Below, in pieces: positions 27,710 through 38,119 of a stretch of 64,000 bases of DNA (position 1 is the first letter of the stretch; every line of letters begins with the position of its first letter). The translations under genes and the position numbers were made by a program. The DNA is taken from contig JAUMUT010000001.1 in the NCBI GenBank assembly GCA_030530525.1, positions 114,896-178,895 of the forward strand. Reading direction: 5' to 3'. The notes under the pieces are model-generated. The model worked only from the letters and a program-made list of their open reading frames with translations. It did not search any database and was not told the DNA's origin. The DNA is from Capnocytophaga sp. (GTDB lineage: Bacteria; Bacteroidota; Bacteroidia; Flavobacteriales; Flavobacteriaceae).

Positions 27710-29559
27710 TGTCTGATATCATTCAACTTTTGCCTGATTATGTAGCGAACCAAATAGCCGCAGGAGAAGTAATTCAACGACCGGCTTCGGCAGTGAAAGA
27801 GCTTTTGGAAAACGCTATTGACGCTAAGGCAACAGAAATAAAACTTATTATAAAAGACGCAGGGCGAACGCTTATTCAAGTTATTGATAACGGAATAGGA
27901 ATGTCGCCCACCGATGCCCGATTGGCTTTTGAACGGCACGCTACTTCCAAAATTCGCGTAGCCGATGACCTTTTTCATCTTCATACCAAAGGTTTTCGGG
28001 GTGAAGCTCTTGCCTCCATTGCCGCCGTTGCACAAGTAGAACTTACTACCGCACAACAAGCCGAAGAAGTTGGTACTGAGTTAGTTATAGAAGGAAATAA
28101 AATTATTCGTCAGCAACCTTCGGTAGTGAGCAAAGGTACTTCCATAGCTATGAAAAATTTGTTTTTCAACGTTCCTGCAAGGCGAAAATTTCTAAAAGCG
28201 GATAATGTAGAATTTCGACATATTTTGGACGAATTTCACCGAGTGGCTTTGGCGCACCCAGATATTCATTTTTATTTGTACAACAACGGAAGCGAGCTGT
28301 ACAATCTTCCTTCCGCACCATTGCGCAAACGAATTGTTCAGATTTTTGGAAGTAAATTAGACGAACGTTTAGTGCCTGTAAAAGAGCAAACGGATATTCT
28401 TAACATTTATGGTTTTATCTGTAAAAATTCTTTCAAAAAAAATAAATCTTTACAGTATCTGATTGTAAATCAACGTTTTATAAAAAGTCCTTATTTGCAT
28501 AATGCTATCAAAAATGCGTATGAAGGTTTATTAAAAGAAAATGAACAGCCAGAATATTTTTTGTATTTGGAACTTTCGCCAGAGCTTATTGATATCAATA
28601 TTCATCCTACCAAAACGGAAATAAAATTTGAAAATGACCATATTATTTACGCTTTGGTGCGTTCGGCGGTGAAGCATAGTTTGGGGCAATTTCAGGTTTT
28701 TCCTGCCATTGATTTTGAACTAAGCGAAGAGAACGAAGTGCCTTATTCGTACAAAGATAAAGAAGCGAAACAGCCTACGTATCAAGTAGATAGAAATTTT
28801 AATCCGTTTCAGATGGACTTGGATTCGCCTTCTTATAAAAAAGAAAAATCGTATTCTCCAAAATCATTTGACTATAAGAAAAATTCACCCAGTTGGGAAA
28901 ATCTTTACACAGGAATTCCTTCCAAAGTTAATGATTTTCAAGGAATTAAAGAAGATGTAGCCTTGCCATCTCTTCCGTTAGAGCCTTTTTCGTTTGAGGC
29001 ATCCAAACAAGCAATTCTTTATTTTCAGAAAAAATATTTAATTACTTATTTGAAAGATAAAGTACTGATAATCAATGCAAGTCGAGCACATCAGCAAATA
29101 TTATATGAACGATTTTTAAAAAATATCCGAACAGGAATAAGCGTCAGTGAGCAATTGCTTTTCCCTTTGGAATTTGAATTTTCTCCAACGGAAATCCTTA
29201 GCTTGGTTTCGCTTCGTGCCACTTTGGAAACAATGGGCTTTCTTTTTGAAACAGAAAATAATTTGATACGCATTTTAGGGTTGCCCACAATGGTAAAAGA
29301 AAGTCAGGCTTTAGAAATATTTAAAGACTTGATAGCTAACAATTTAGAAGATATTCCGCAAGATGATTTTTCTCAAAAAGAACTTTTAGCAAAAAATTTA
29401 GCAAAAACGTTGGCTATCCGTACGGGGCAACCTCTTAGTGTGGAAGAACAAGAGCAACTCATAGCCGATCTGTTTTCGTGTAAAGAATTTAACATTTCTC
29501 CATTTAGTAAAAAAATTTACATAGAACAATCTGTAAATGAAATAGATAACAAATTTTAA
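27709..29559 (+). CDS. mutL: DNA mismatch repair protein MutL
   Basis: N-terminus IQLLPDYVANQIAAGEVIQRPASAVKELLENAIDA (GHKL ATPase motifs). DNGIGM. 616 aa. Confidence 0.95.
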   Translation: MSDIIQLLPDYVANQIAAGEVIQRPASAVKELLENAIDAKATEIKLIIKDAGRTLIQVIDNGIGMSPTDARLAFERHATSKIRVADDLFHLHTKGFRGEALASIAAVAQVELTTAQQAEEVGTELVIEGNKIIRQQPSVVSKGTSIAMKNLFFNVPARRKFLKADNVEFRHILDEFHRVALAHPDIHFYLYNNGSELYNLPSAPLRKRIVQIFGSKLDERLVPVKEQTDILNIYGFICKNSFKKNKSLQYLIVNQRFIKSPYLHNAIKNAYEGLLKENEQPEYFLYLELSPELIDINIHPTKTEIKFENDHIIYALVRSAVKHSLGQFQVFPAIDFELSEENEVPYSYKDKEAKQPTYQVDRNFNPFQMDLDSPSYKKEKSYSPKSFDYKKNSPSWENLYTGIPSKVNDFQGIKEDVALPSLPLEPFSFEASKQAILYFQKKYLITYLKDKVLIINASRAHQQILYERFLKNIRTGISVSEQLLFPLEFEFSPTEILSLVSLRATLETMGFLFETENNLIRILGLPTMVKESQALEIFKDLIANNLEDIPQDDFSQKELLAKNLAKTLAIRTGQPLSVEEQEQLIADLFSCKEFNISPFSKKIYIEQSVNEIDNKF

Positions 29560-29731
29560 GTTTAACAAAAGGCTGTCTAACCCGTTTAGATGGCTTTTTT
29601 TATTTTAGAAAATTTATGATTTATTAACAGACATTTTTAACAGAATACATTCTATTTTTCTGACTTTTTGTCAGTTTGCAAGAATCGGTATAATCTTTGC
29701 TAAAAGTAGAAACAAAAAAATAGAACATAAA

Positions 29732-31615
29732 ATGAAAGGACAAATAAATGTTTCTGTGGAAAATATTTTTCCACTCATTAAAAAATTCTTATACAGCGAC
29801 CACGAAATTTTCCTTCGTGAGCTGATTTCCAATGCTACTGATGCAACTCTCAAACTGAAACATCTTTGCCAAATAGGTGAAGCCAAAGTACCTTATGGCA
29901 ACCCAATGATTGAGGTAAAAGTGGATAAGGAAGGAAAAAAAATCCACATCATAGACCAAGGAATTGGTATGACTGAGGAAGAAGTGGAAAAATACATCAA
30001 CCAAATTGCTTTCTCTGGTGCGGAAGAATTTTTAAATAAATATAAAGATTCTGCAAAAGATACGGGTATTATTGGGCATTTCGGGTTGGGATTCTACTCT
30101 GCTTTTATGGTTGCTGACAAAGTGGAAATCCTTACAAAATCTTACCAAGAAGGCACGCAAGCTGTCCGCTGGGAATGCGATGGCTCTCCTGCTTATAGCA
30201 TAGAACCGATTGAAAAAGAAGGACACGGAACGGAAATTATCCTGCACATTGCTGAGGATTCTGCTGAATTTTTAGAAGAAAGTAAAATACGCCAGCTCCT
30301 TGTGAAGTATAACAAATTTATGCCAATTCCTATCAAATTAGGAATGCGTAAAGAAGCTCTTCCACGTCCTGAAAATGCGCCAGAAGATTACCAAACAGAG
30401 TACAAAGAAGTAGATAATATTATCAACAATCCTACTCCTGCTTGGACAAAACAGCCTTCGGAACTTACAGACGAGGATTATAAGGCTTTCTATCACGAGT
30501 TATATCCAACTCAATTTGAAGATCCAATGTTCAGCATTCACCTAAATGTAGATTATCCTTTCCACCTAACAGGAATCTTGTATTTCCCTAAGCTTAGCAA
30601 TGATCTTCAATTACAAAAAGATAAAATACAACTTTATCAAAATCAAGTATTTGTAACGGATAATGTAGAGGGAATTGTACCTGAATTTCTTACGCTTTTG
30701 CGTGGAGTGATTGATTCTCCTGATATTCCGTTAAACGTATCTCGTTCCTACTTGCAAGCCGATGGCAATGTTAAAAAAATATCCAGCTATGTAACTCGTA
30801 AAGTAGCCGACAAACTACAATCTCTCTTTAAAGAAAATAGAGAAGATTTTGAGAAAAAATGGAATGATATTAAAATTGTTATCGAATACGGAATGCTCTC
30901 TGAAGAAAAATTCTATGAAAAAGCACAGAAATTCGCACTCTACCCCACTGTAGAGGACAAGTATTTCACTTTTGAAGAACTTTTAGAGAAAATCAAGCCT
31001 TTACAAACGGATAAAGACGAAAAAATTGTTATTCTTTACGCTAATAACAAAGAAGCGCAACATAGCTACATTATAGACGCACAAGCAAAAGGTTATGAAG
31101 TCCTTCTGCTGGATTCTCCGATAGTGCCTCACCTTATCCAAAAATTGGAAGGAGCTAATGAAAAAGTTACTTTTGCTCGTGTAGATGCTGATTCTATTGA
31201 GAACCTCATTAAGAAAGAAGATACCCAAATATCCAAACTTTCCGAAGAGGAAACCGAAAAACTCAAAGATTTTGTAACTTCTGCCATTGACAATACCGCT
31301 TATACCATACAGCCAGAGGCTTTGGATAGTGATGCCACACCTTTCCGCATCACTCAGCCAGAATTTATACGCCGTATGAAGGAAATGCAATCCGTAGGCG
31401 GAGGAATGATGGGCTTCGGTGCATTCCCTGAAATGTATAATTTAGTGGTAAATACCAATAGCCCATTAGCAAGTCAAATTCTCGCAACGGAAAACGAAGC
31501 CACTCGCAAGGCTCTCATTAGCCAATCTTTTGACTTGGCGCGCCTCTCACAAGGCTTACTAAAAGGAGAAGCTTTGACAGAATTTGTTAAACGAAGTTTT
31601 AGCTTGTTAAAGTAA
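29732..31615 (+). CDS. htpG: molecular chaperone HtpG (Hsp90)
   Basis: ELISNATDA, IDQGIGMT and GHFGLGFYSAF are Hsp90 GHKL motifs. 627 aa. Confidence 0.95.
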   Translation: MKGQINVSVENIFPLIKKFLYSDHEIFLRELISNATDATLKLKHLCQIGEAKVPYGNPMIEVKVDKEGKKIHIIDQGIGMTEEEVEKYINQIAFSGAEEFLNKYKDSAKDTGIIGHFGLGFYSAFMVADKVEILTKSYQEGTQAVRWECDGSPAYSIEPIEKEGHGTEIILHIAEDSAEFLEESKIRQLLVKYNKFMPIPIKLGMRKEALPRPENAPEDYQTEYKEVDNIINNPTPAWTKQPSELTDEDYKAFYHELYPTQFEDPMFSIHLNVDYPFHLTGILYFPKLSNDLQLQKDKIQLYQNQVFVTDNVEGIVPEFLTLLRGVIDSPDIPLNVSRSYLQADGNVKKISSYVTRKVADKLQSLFKENREDFEKKWNDIKIVIEYGMLSEEKFYEKAQKFALYPTVEDKYFTFEELLEKIKPLQTDKDEKIVILYANNKEAQHSYIIDAQAKGYEVLLLDSPIVPHLIQKLEGANEKVTFARVDADSIENLIKKEDTQISKLSEEETEKLKDFVTSAIDNTAYTIQPEALDSDATPFRITQPEFIRRMKEMQSVGGGMMGFGAFPEMYNLVVNTNSPLASQILATENEATRKALISQSFDLARLSQGLLKGEALTEFVKRSFSLLK

Positions 31616-31734
31616 ATTATACATAATATTTTTATATGTTTCTTTGTTAGACAAAAAAATAATAGTTTTTTTGCTTTTTTTAAAAAAAATATTGTATCTT
31701 TGCAACATCATTTAAATTAAAAAAAATTAGAATA

Positions 31735-32421
31735 ATGAAAAAAATCTTTTTATCAGTAGCAGCAATTTTTGCATTTGGTTTTGCAAACGCTCAGAATTTA
31801 ACTTCTTCAAAAGGAGAAAATTACTTACCACAAGAAGGAGATTGGTCAATTGGGTTTAGTGCTAACAGCGCATTGAGCTATATCGGAAATGCTTTCAATA
31901 ACACTCAAAATAATAGTGTGAATTTTGACAGCAACAGCAATGTTAAACTTCCAGGATTTGGCAATTCTATCACTTTCTTAGGAAAAAAATTCACTGCCGA
32001 TAACAAAGCAGACCGCTACACTGCTAACCTTTTGTTTTCTTACTCTAAAACAAAAGATCAAGATGCTAGTACTGCTTTTGGGCTTTTAGCAGGTTATGGT
32101 AAAGAATGGAGAAAAGGCTCTACTCGCCTTCAAGGATTCTATGGAGCTGATGCTTTAGTAGGTTTTGGTATCCCAGAAAAAGATACTTTTAACTTCCTTA
32201 TTGGCGCACAAGCATTCGTAGGTGCAGAATATTTCATCTTCCCTAAAGTTGGTTTAGGTGCTCAATATTCTTTCCCTGTTGCTATTTCTTATCAATCTAA
32301 TAAAGCAAACGGAGCTGATACAAACACTTTCGGATTTACTCTTGGTAGCTCAGAGGTTAATGGAGCAAGTACAAAATCTGGTTTCGGAACAGCATCTGTA
32401 TTATTAAACCTTTATTTCTAA
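31735..32421 (+). CDS. small outer-membrane beta-barrel protein (OMP_b-brl-like)
   Basis: Signal peptide MKKIFLSVAAIFAFGFANAQ. Alternating aromatic/G-rich strands. C-terminal LNLYF. The -7 box TATCTTTG is upstream. A paralogue of similar style is at 37510..38043. Confidence 0.75.
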   Translation: MKKIFLSVAAIFAFGFANAQNLTSSKGENYLPQEGDWSIGFSANSALSYIGNAFNNTQNNSVNFDSNSNVKLPGFGNSITFLGKKFTADNKADRYTANLLFSYSKTKDQDASTAFGLLAGYGKEWRKGSTRLQGFYGADALVGFGIPEKDTFNFLIGAQAFVGAEYFIFPKVGLGAQYSFPVAISYQSNKANGADTNTFGFTLGSSEVNGASTKSGFGTASVLLNLYF

Positions 32422-32527
32422 GATAAAAATTAAAGTAATTACCTAAATAAAAGGGCATCTTTTTAGATGCTCTTTTTTTGTATAGATAAAATCTATTATT
32501 TTTTTTCTGTAAAATCTAAAAAATGAT

Positions 32528-32535
32528 TACTTTTG
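32528..32535 (+). promoter_or_regulatory. Bacteroidetes -7 box TACTTTTG (extended TACTTTTGCACCA)
   Basis: 20 nt upstream of the ATG at 32555. The extended sequence is identical to the tRNA-operon box at 17158 and to the rnr box at 50612. Confidence 0.45.
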
Positions 32536-32554
32536 CACCAAAATACTAAAAAAT

Positions 32555-33001
32555 ATGACTTTTTACGGAATCCTTAAAAGCGTACATTCTTTAATGGCGT
32601 ATGTAGTGCTTTTTGCTGTTCTTTTTGCAACCATAAACGCAATTTTGGGCTTTTTCCAAAAACGAGAATACAAAAAAACAGATTTAAAAATTAGTTTGTA
32701 TGGGCTTATTTTTACTCATCTTCAAATAGTTATGGGGCTTATTTTGTATTTCGTTTCGCCACTTTTCCAGAGTTGGAAAAACTTAGGAGCGGGCGTTATG
32801 AAAGATGCTTTTTTACGAAAAATGTTGGTGGAACACCCTTTTGGAGTAATTGTAGGCGTTACGCTTATTACCATTGGTTGGTCGTTGCACAAAAAGCAAA
32901 AAACTTCACAACGTGCTTTTGGCAAAATAGCTCTTTTCTACGGATTGGGCTTAGTAATGATTTTGGCGGTTATCCCTTGGAAAACTTGGAGTGCTTTTTA
33001 G
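32555..33001 (+). CDS. hypothetical integral membrane protein (4 predicted TM helices, 148 aa)
   Basis: Hydrophobic helices throughout. Followed by the hairpin terminator at 33024-33067. Confidence 0.6.
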   Translation: MTFYGILKSVHSLMAYVVLFAVLFATINAILGFFQKREYKKTDLKISLYGLIFTHLQIVMGLILYFVSPLFQSWKNLGAGVMKDAFLRKMLVEHPFGVIVGVTLITIGWSLHKKQKTSQRAFGKIALFYGLGLVMILAVIPWKTWSAF

Positions 33002-33023
33002 AAAGATTTTTTGACCATAGGAA

Positions 33024-33067
33024 ATCCCTCAATAAGGTTCGCTTTATTGGGGGATATTATTTTTTAT
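33024..33067 (+). terminator. rho-independent terminator
   Basis: atccctcaataa / ttattgggggat stem (one G-U pair) followed by a T-rich run. Confidence 0.55.
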
Positions 33068-33167
33068 AAAATCAAAATAAAATATAAAATTTGTTATTTT
33101 TACTTAAAAAAATAGTTGTGTTCTAATATTTTTTTTAATTTTACGCAATTTTCTAAATTTTAATGCC

Positions 33168-34046
33168 GTGAGCAATTCTTTGGAACGATACAATCGTAGA
33201 AAACTTATTTCCTCTTATTTTTCTGTAACGTTAAGTATTACGCTTGTCCTTTTCCTTTTCGGAATTTTAGGATTCTTAGTGCTTAATACTCACAACATTA
33301 CGACCAATTTTAAGGAAGAAATGATGATTTCTGTATTCTTAAAAACAGATGCAAAAGAAGCAGATATTCAGCAATTGCAAAAGACACTTTCCACCGCAGA
33401 ATATTCCAAATTGGTAGTGTATGTATCCAAAGAAGAAGCTGCAAAGGCGTATTGTGAGCAACTTGGTGAAGATTTTGTGAGTTTTATTGGCTACAATCCG
33501 TTGCAAAATTCATTTGATTTGAAGCTAAAAGCCGATTTTGTAACTCCTGAAAAAACAGCCATAATCAAAGAAGAAATAGAACAAAATCCTTCGGTTTCAG
33601 AAGTTTTTTATGATAAAAATTTGGTAGCTGAAGTACATCAGAATATGAATCAAATAAGTATGATTATTTTGAGTATTTCTATTATTTTCACTATCGTGGC
33701 AATGCTTTTGATAAATTCGTCTATACGGCTTTCGGTTTATTCTAAACGATTCATTATCAAGACAATGCAACTTGTTGGAGCTACGAAACAATTTATCCGT
33801 CGCCCATTTGTGATGACTAATATTTTACTTGGTTTGCTCGGAGCGGTGTTGGCTTGCGTGGGGCTATTGATTTGTTTGTATTACATTAACCAAGCGCGTC
33901 CTGAGCTTCAATTATTTAGCCATATAGAATATTTTGTAATTGTTTTTGGAGCTATTTTTGCCATTGGCATTTTTATAAGTTGGATAAGTACTTATTTTGC
34001 AGCACAACGATTTTTGAATTTGCATACAGACGATTTATATTATTAA
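33168..34046 (+). CDS. ftsX: cell division permease-like protein FtsX
   Basis: 292 aa. N-terminal TM, large periplasmic loop, three C-terminal TM helices (FtsX topology). It lies in the conserved ftsX-DUF3098-uppP arrangement. Confidence 0.85.
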   Translation: MSNSLERYNRRKLISSYFSVTLSITLVLFLFGILGFLVLNTHNITTNFKEEMMISVFLKTDAKEADIQQLQKTLSTAEYSKLVVYVSKEEAAKAYCEQLGEDFVSFIGYNPLQNSFDLKLKADFVTPEKTAIIKEEIEQNPSVSEVFYDKNLVAEVHQNMNQISMIILSISIIFTIVAMLLINSSIRLSVYSKRFIIKTMQLVGATKQFIRRPFVMTNILLGLLGAVLACVGLLICLYYINQARPELQLFSHIEYFVIVFGAIFAIGIFISWISTYFAAQRFLNLHTDDLYY

Positions 34047-34081
34047 CATAAAATATTGATTTACAATAATTATTTAACATA

Positions 34082-34315
34082 ATGAAAGATAACGGATTTA
34101 TTTTCAAAAAGAAGAATTTTATTTTTATGTTTATCGGCTTTGGGTTGATAGCCTTAGGCTTTATCCTGATGAGTGGTGGAGGAAGTGATAACCCTAATGT
34201 TTTCAATCCTGAAATATTTAATTTTCAACGAATTAGCTTAGCTCCTACTTTGGTTTTATTAGGATTTGGAGTAGAAATTTATGCAATTCTTTTGACCGAT
34301 AAAAGCGAAAAATAA
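34082..34315 (+). CDS. DUF3098-like small membrane protein
   Basis: 77 aa with two TM helices, between ftsX and uppP as DUF3098 proteins are in Bacteroidetes. Its stop overlaps the uppP start. Confidence 0.65.
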   Translation: MKDNGFIFKKKNFIFMFIGFGLIALGFILMSGGGSDNPNVFNPEIFNFQRISLAPTLVLLGFGVEIYAILLTDKSEK

Positions 34316-35130
34316 TGGACACACTGCACGCTATTCTCATTGCCATTGTAGAAGGATTAACCGAATATTTGCCTATTTCTTCCACAGCACATATGATTTT
34401 TACCCAACAACTTTTGGGTATTCCTGATGATAATTTCTTCAAGATTTTTGCACTTTGCATTCAGTTTGGAGCTATTTTGGCAGTAGTTTTCTTGTATTGG
34501 CGTAAGTTTTTTGATTTTTCTAAGTGGCAATTCTATATAAAATTAGCTTTTGCAGTTGTTCCTGCGCTTATTTTAGGATATTTATTTGATGATTATATAG
34601 ATAATGTGCTTGAAAAACCTATTCCGATAGCTATTATGCTCATTATTGGTGGAGTAATTTTACTTTTTATTGATAAATTTTTCCAAAATCCAACTATTTT
34701 TAAAGAAAAAGATATTTCTATAAAATCTGCTGTTCTTATTGGTTTTTGGCAATGTTTGGCAATGATGCCTGGCACAAGTCGTTCAGCAGCTTCCATCATT
34801 GGCGGAATGCAACAGAAACTATCACGAGAAGTTGCCGCCGAATTTTCATTTTTCTTGGCTGTCCCCACAATGCTTGCCGTTTCTGTATATTCTATTTTTG
34901 TTAAAACTTGGGATAAAGAAACCAACCCAATGAAGGGCTATGACCTTATTTTATCTTCCTCTGAGCATACTTTTTTATTCCTTCTTGGTAATATTATTGC
35001 GTTTGTAGTGGCGATTATCGCTATAAAAGGTTTTGTTAATTTAATAAAAAAATACGGCTTCAAGCCTTGGGGATTTTATCGTATTTTTGCAGGAATTGCA
35101 TTACTTATTTACTTTTCAGTAAAAGACTAA
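34315..35130 (+). CDS. uppP: undecaprenyl-diphosphatase (BacA/UppP)
   Basis: IVEGLTEYLPISSTAHMI and PGTSRSAASIIGG are UppP signature motifs. 271 aa. Confidence 0.93.
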   Translation: MDTLHAILIAIVEGLTEYLPISSTAHMIFTQQLLGIPDDNFFKIFALCIQFGAILAVVFLYWRKFFDFSKWQFYIKLAFAVVPALILGYLFDDYIDNVLEKPIPIAIMLIIGGVILLFIDKFFQNPTIFKEKDISIKSAVLIGFWQCLAMMPGTSRSAASIIGGMQQKLSREVAAEFSFFLAVPTMLAVSVYSIFVKTWDKETNPMKGYDLILSSSEHTFLFLLGNIIAFVVAIIAIKGFVNLIKKYGFKPWGFYRIFAGIALLIYFSVKD

Positions 35131-35147
35131 CTATTAATATCTAAATA

Positions 35148-35963
35148 ATGAAAAAATTTAATTTATTTTTCTACGCTCTTACGCTTATTTTTATTTCTTG
35201 CGGAAGTCAAAAAAATCTTGGCAAATATCCGGAGAATTCTATTATCAATAACGGGAAATTATTTGCTTCCTTTTACCACCAACAAGTTGCTGAGTATGAA
35301 GCTCTTAGCTTACAAGCCTATAATATAGCTCGTTTTCGTTTGGCTTTGGCAATTGCCGAAAATAATAGCGAAAAACCACTTACTATTGTTACGGATATTG
35401 ACGAAACGTTTTTGAATAACTCTTATTACATCGCTTATTGTGCTAACCGAAAAATAGATTTTACCCTATCGTCTTGGGAAGAATGGACAGGCAAAGGCGA
35501 AGCTACTCCGCTATCTGGTGCGCTTGATTTTTTTAAATACGCAGAGAAAAACGGCGTACAAATTTTCTACATTACTAACCGAGGCGAAGCCGAAAGAAAA
35601 GGAACGGAACTTAACCTAAGACGGCTTGGTTTTCCTTTGCAAAATGAAAATCATTTGATTTTTAAAACTACCGAAGGAAGCAAAGAAAACCGCCGACAAG
35701 CCATCGCTAAAAACTATAATATTGTTTTACTTTTGGGCGATAATTTAGCCGATTTTTCCAAAGATTTTGATGACAAATCTTCCGAAGAACGATCCAAAGC
35801 TGTACAAAAAAACGCTTCCGAATTTGGAAAAAAATTTATTATTTTGCCCAATTTTACTTACGGAGATTGGGAAAAAGCCACTTATGCCAAAGACCGAAAA
35901 TTGCCTTATAAAAAACGAGACGCCATTATTTCTCCTTTAATAGAAGAAAATCCTAAAAAATAA
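35148..35963 (+). CDS. class C acid phosphatase / 5'-nucleotidase, lipoprotein e(P4) family (HAD)
   Basis: Lipoprotein signal (LTLIFISCGS). HAD motif I (IVTDIDETFL). Motif IV (LLLGDNLADF). 271 aa. Confidence 0.85.
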   Translation: MKKFNLFFYALTLIFISCGSQKNLGKYPENSIINNGKLFASFYHQQVAEYEALSLQAYNIARFRLALAIAENNSEKPLTIVTDIDETFLNNSYYIAYCANRKIDFTLSSWEEWTGKGEATPLSGALDFFKYAEKNGVQIFYITNRGEAERKGTELNLRRLGFPLQNENHLIFKTTEGSKENRRQAIAKNYNIVLLLGDNLADFSKDFDDKSSEERSKAVQKNASEFGKKFIILPNFTYGDWEKATYAKDRKLPYKKRDAIISPLIEENPKK

Positions 35964-35984
35964 TTTAGTAATTAATTAACAAAA

Positions 35985-36713
35985 ATGAGAACCCTCGTTA
36001 TTGGAGATATTCACGGAGCGTACAAAGCCCTTTTGCAAGTGTTAGAAAAAGCAAAAGTAACACCCGATGATTTTTTGATTTTTTTAGGAGATATTGCCGA
36101 CCGATGGAGCGAAACCCCAAAAGTGTATGACTTGCTTATAGAAATGCAAAAAACACACAAAATACTAATGATAAAAGGCAACCACGATGACCTTTGTTAT
36201 CAGTTTTTGAGCAAAAAGCCAATGGACAGCAAGTGGCTCATACACGGCGGAGACGCCACCCAAAAAGCGTATGAAAACATACCTAATGAGGTAAAACAAA
36301 AACATATGGATTTCATTCATTCAATGAAAAATTATGTAGTAGATGGGCAAAATAGACTTTTCTTGCACGGAGGTTTTACCAACCTTCGCGGGGTAGAGTT
36401 TGAGTATTGGGTACCCAATTTTTTCTGGGACAGAACTCTCTGGGAATTAGCAATTTCCACTCCCGAAGATATGCCAAAAGAGGATATTTTTTACCCAAAA
36501 CGGCTAAAATTATACAAAGAAATATACATCGGGCATACTCCGCTTACTCGCTTTAATACCGACCAACCAATGATGCGACACAACGTTTGGAATATAGACA
36601 CAGGCGCAGGCTTCCACGGGCGAATCACCATTTTAGATGTGGATACCAAAGAATATTGGCAGAGCGACCCCGTGCCTTCTTTTTATCCTAACGAAAAGGT
36701 AAGAGATTGTTAA
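35985..36713 (+). CDS. metallophosphoesterase (calcineurin-like Ser/Thr phosphatase family)
   Basis: GDIHG, GDIADRW, GNHD and HGG are the PPP-family metal-ligand motifs. 242 aa. Confidence 0.85.
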   Translation: MRTLVIGDIHGAYKALLQVLEKAKVTPDDFLIFLGDIADRWSETPKVYDLLIEMQKTHKILMIKGNHDDLCYQFLSKKPMDSKWLIHGGDATQKAYENIPNEVKQKHMDFIHSMKNYVVDGQNRLFLHGGFTNLRGVEFEYWVPNFFWDRTLWELAISTPEDMPKEDIFYPKRLKLYKEIYIGHTPLTRFNTDQPMMRHNVWNIDTGAGFHGRITILDVDTKEYWQSDPVPSFYPNEKVRDC

Positions 36714-36986
36714 AAAAAGATAATATATAAGATAAAAAAACTACACCAATATAAAAATTTGTAATTTTATAAAGAATGTATTATCTTTGCCCAATTCTTT
36801 TTTCTTTTACAGAAAAATAAATCCTATATTTATTTTTATATTCTATTGAAAATTACTATTTTATAAAAATAATATAACCTAAAATTAATACAAATACTAT
36901 TCTTTTTCTCATAGAAAAATAAAACAAAAATCTACTTGAAAAAAGGAATTAATGAATTCAAAAATTGTTAAATAAATATTAAGATA

Positions 36987-37229
36987 ATGAATAATAATCC
37001 AGAATTAATAGCAAAAGTAGAAGCTGCTTTGGCAGAAATTCGCCCATTTTTACAGAGTGATGGTGGCGATATTTCGCTTCTTGGTATAGAAGATAATAAA
37101 ATTGTAAAAGTACATTTGGAAGGAAATTGCCTTAGTTGTAGCATCAACCAAATGACACTTCGTAGTGGTGTGGAAATGACTATAAAACAATATGCTCCTG
37201 AAATAGAAAAAGTTATAAATGTAGAATAG
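36987..37229 (+). CDS. NifU-like (Nfu C-terminal domain) Fe-S cluster protein
   Basis: 80 aa. IRPFLQSDGGDISLLGIEDNKIVKVHLEGNCLSCS carries the Nfu CxxC motif. Confidence 0.85.
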   Translation: MNNNPELIAKVEAALAEIRPFLQSDGGDISLLGIEDNKIVKVHLEGNCLSCSINQMTLRSGVEMTIKQYAPEIEKVINVE

Positions 37230-37509
37230 TTAAATTTAGAATTAATAATAAAAGAGATTATCCCGTAAAGATAATCTCTTTTTGTTTAATTATTTTTATT
37301 GCATAAATTTACAATAGATGATATTATCGATACTACCAAAGAAATGGTAGTTAGCAAAGAAAATTCATAAAAAATTTGTGTTAATAACAACAAAATAGCA
37401 ACTATAAGTATAAACCAAAAAATATTTTTATTCATTTTTAATTTTTTATAAAATAAAAGCTACCCAAAAATTAGGTAGCTCTTAAATATCAATAAATTAT
37501 AACTATTTT

Positions 37510-38043
37510 CTAAAAGAATAAAGCAACGCCTATACCTACACCAAGTTTTCCAATATTGGTAGTGCTACTTGCGCCACTTGCTTTTAAATTTCTTTGGTCA
37601 TAATCCACAGAACCTGTAATAGCTACTGCTTCATTAACAAAATAAGCTACCCCACCAGCAAAGTTAAATGCTACCCCGCTAACAGAATTTCCACTTGTTG
37701 ATTGTGTTGCGTAACCAACTCCAGCGCGTACGAAAGGAGCTATTTCGCCACCCAATTTGAAGAAATACGTAGCATTTGGTCGGATAATAAAACTATTAGT
37801 AGCATCTCCGCCTTTTGGTTTGACATTTTCATAAGATAAGCCCAAACCAACTGCTAAATTGTCAATTACAAAATAGTTTAAACTTGGCGTAACTTTGAAT
37901 ACAGAATTTGCTTGATTTCCATCTACACTATTAGAAGTGTAAGACAGCCCAAGGTCAGACTCTACAAACCAATCTCCTTTTTGTGTTTGCCCGTAAGAAA
38001 CACCTGCAAAAACTACTGCGATAAGTAATAAAATTTTCTTCAT
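37510..38043 (-). CDS. small outer-membrane beta-barrel protein (OMP_b-brl-like)
   Basis: The start was moved to the internal ATG giving signal peptide MKKILLLIAVVFAGVSYGQ; the ORF-track start is 38148. G/aromatic-rich strands. C-terminal F. Confidence 0.75.
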   Translation of the reverse strand: MKKILLLIAVVFAGVSYGQTQKGDWFVESDLGLSYTSNSVDGNQANSVFKVTPSLNYFVIDNLAVGLGLSYENVKPKGGDATNSFIIRPNATYFFKLGGEIAPFVRAGVGYATQSTSGNSVSGVAFNFAGGVAYFVNEAVAITGSVDYDQRNLKASGASSTTNIGKLGVGIGVALFF

Positions 38044-38119
38044 CTTTAAATTTTTTATAATTAAACTAAGGCAAAGGTAGTGTTTTTTTATATATTTAAT
38101 GTTAATAAAATGATAAAAA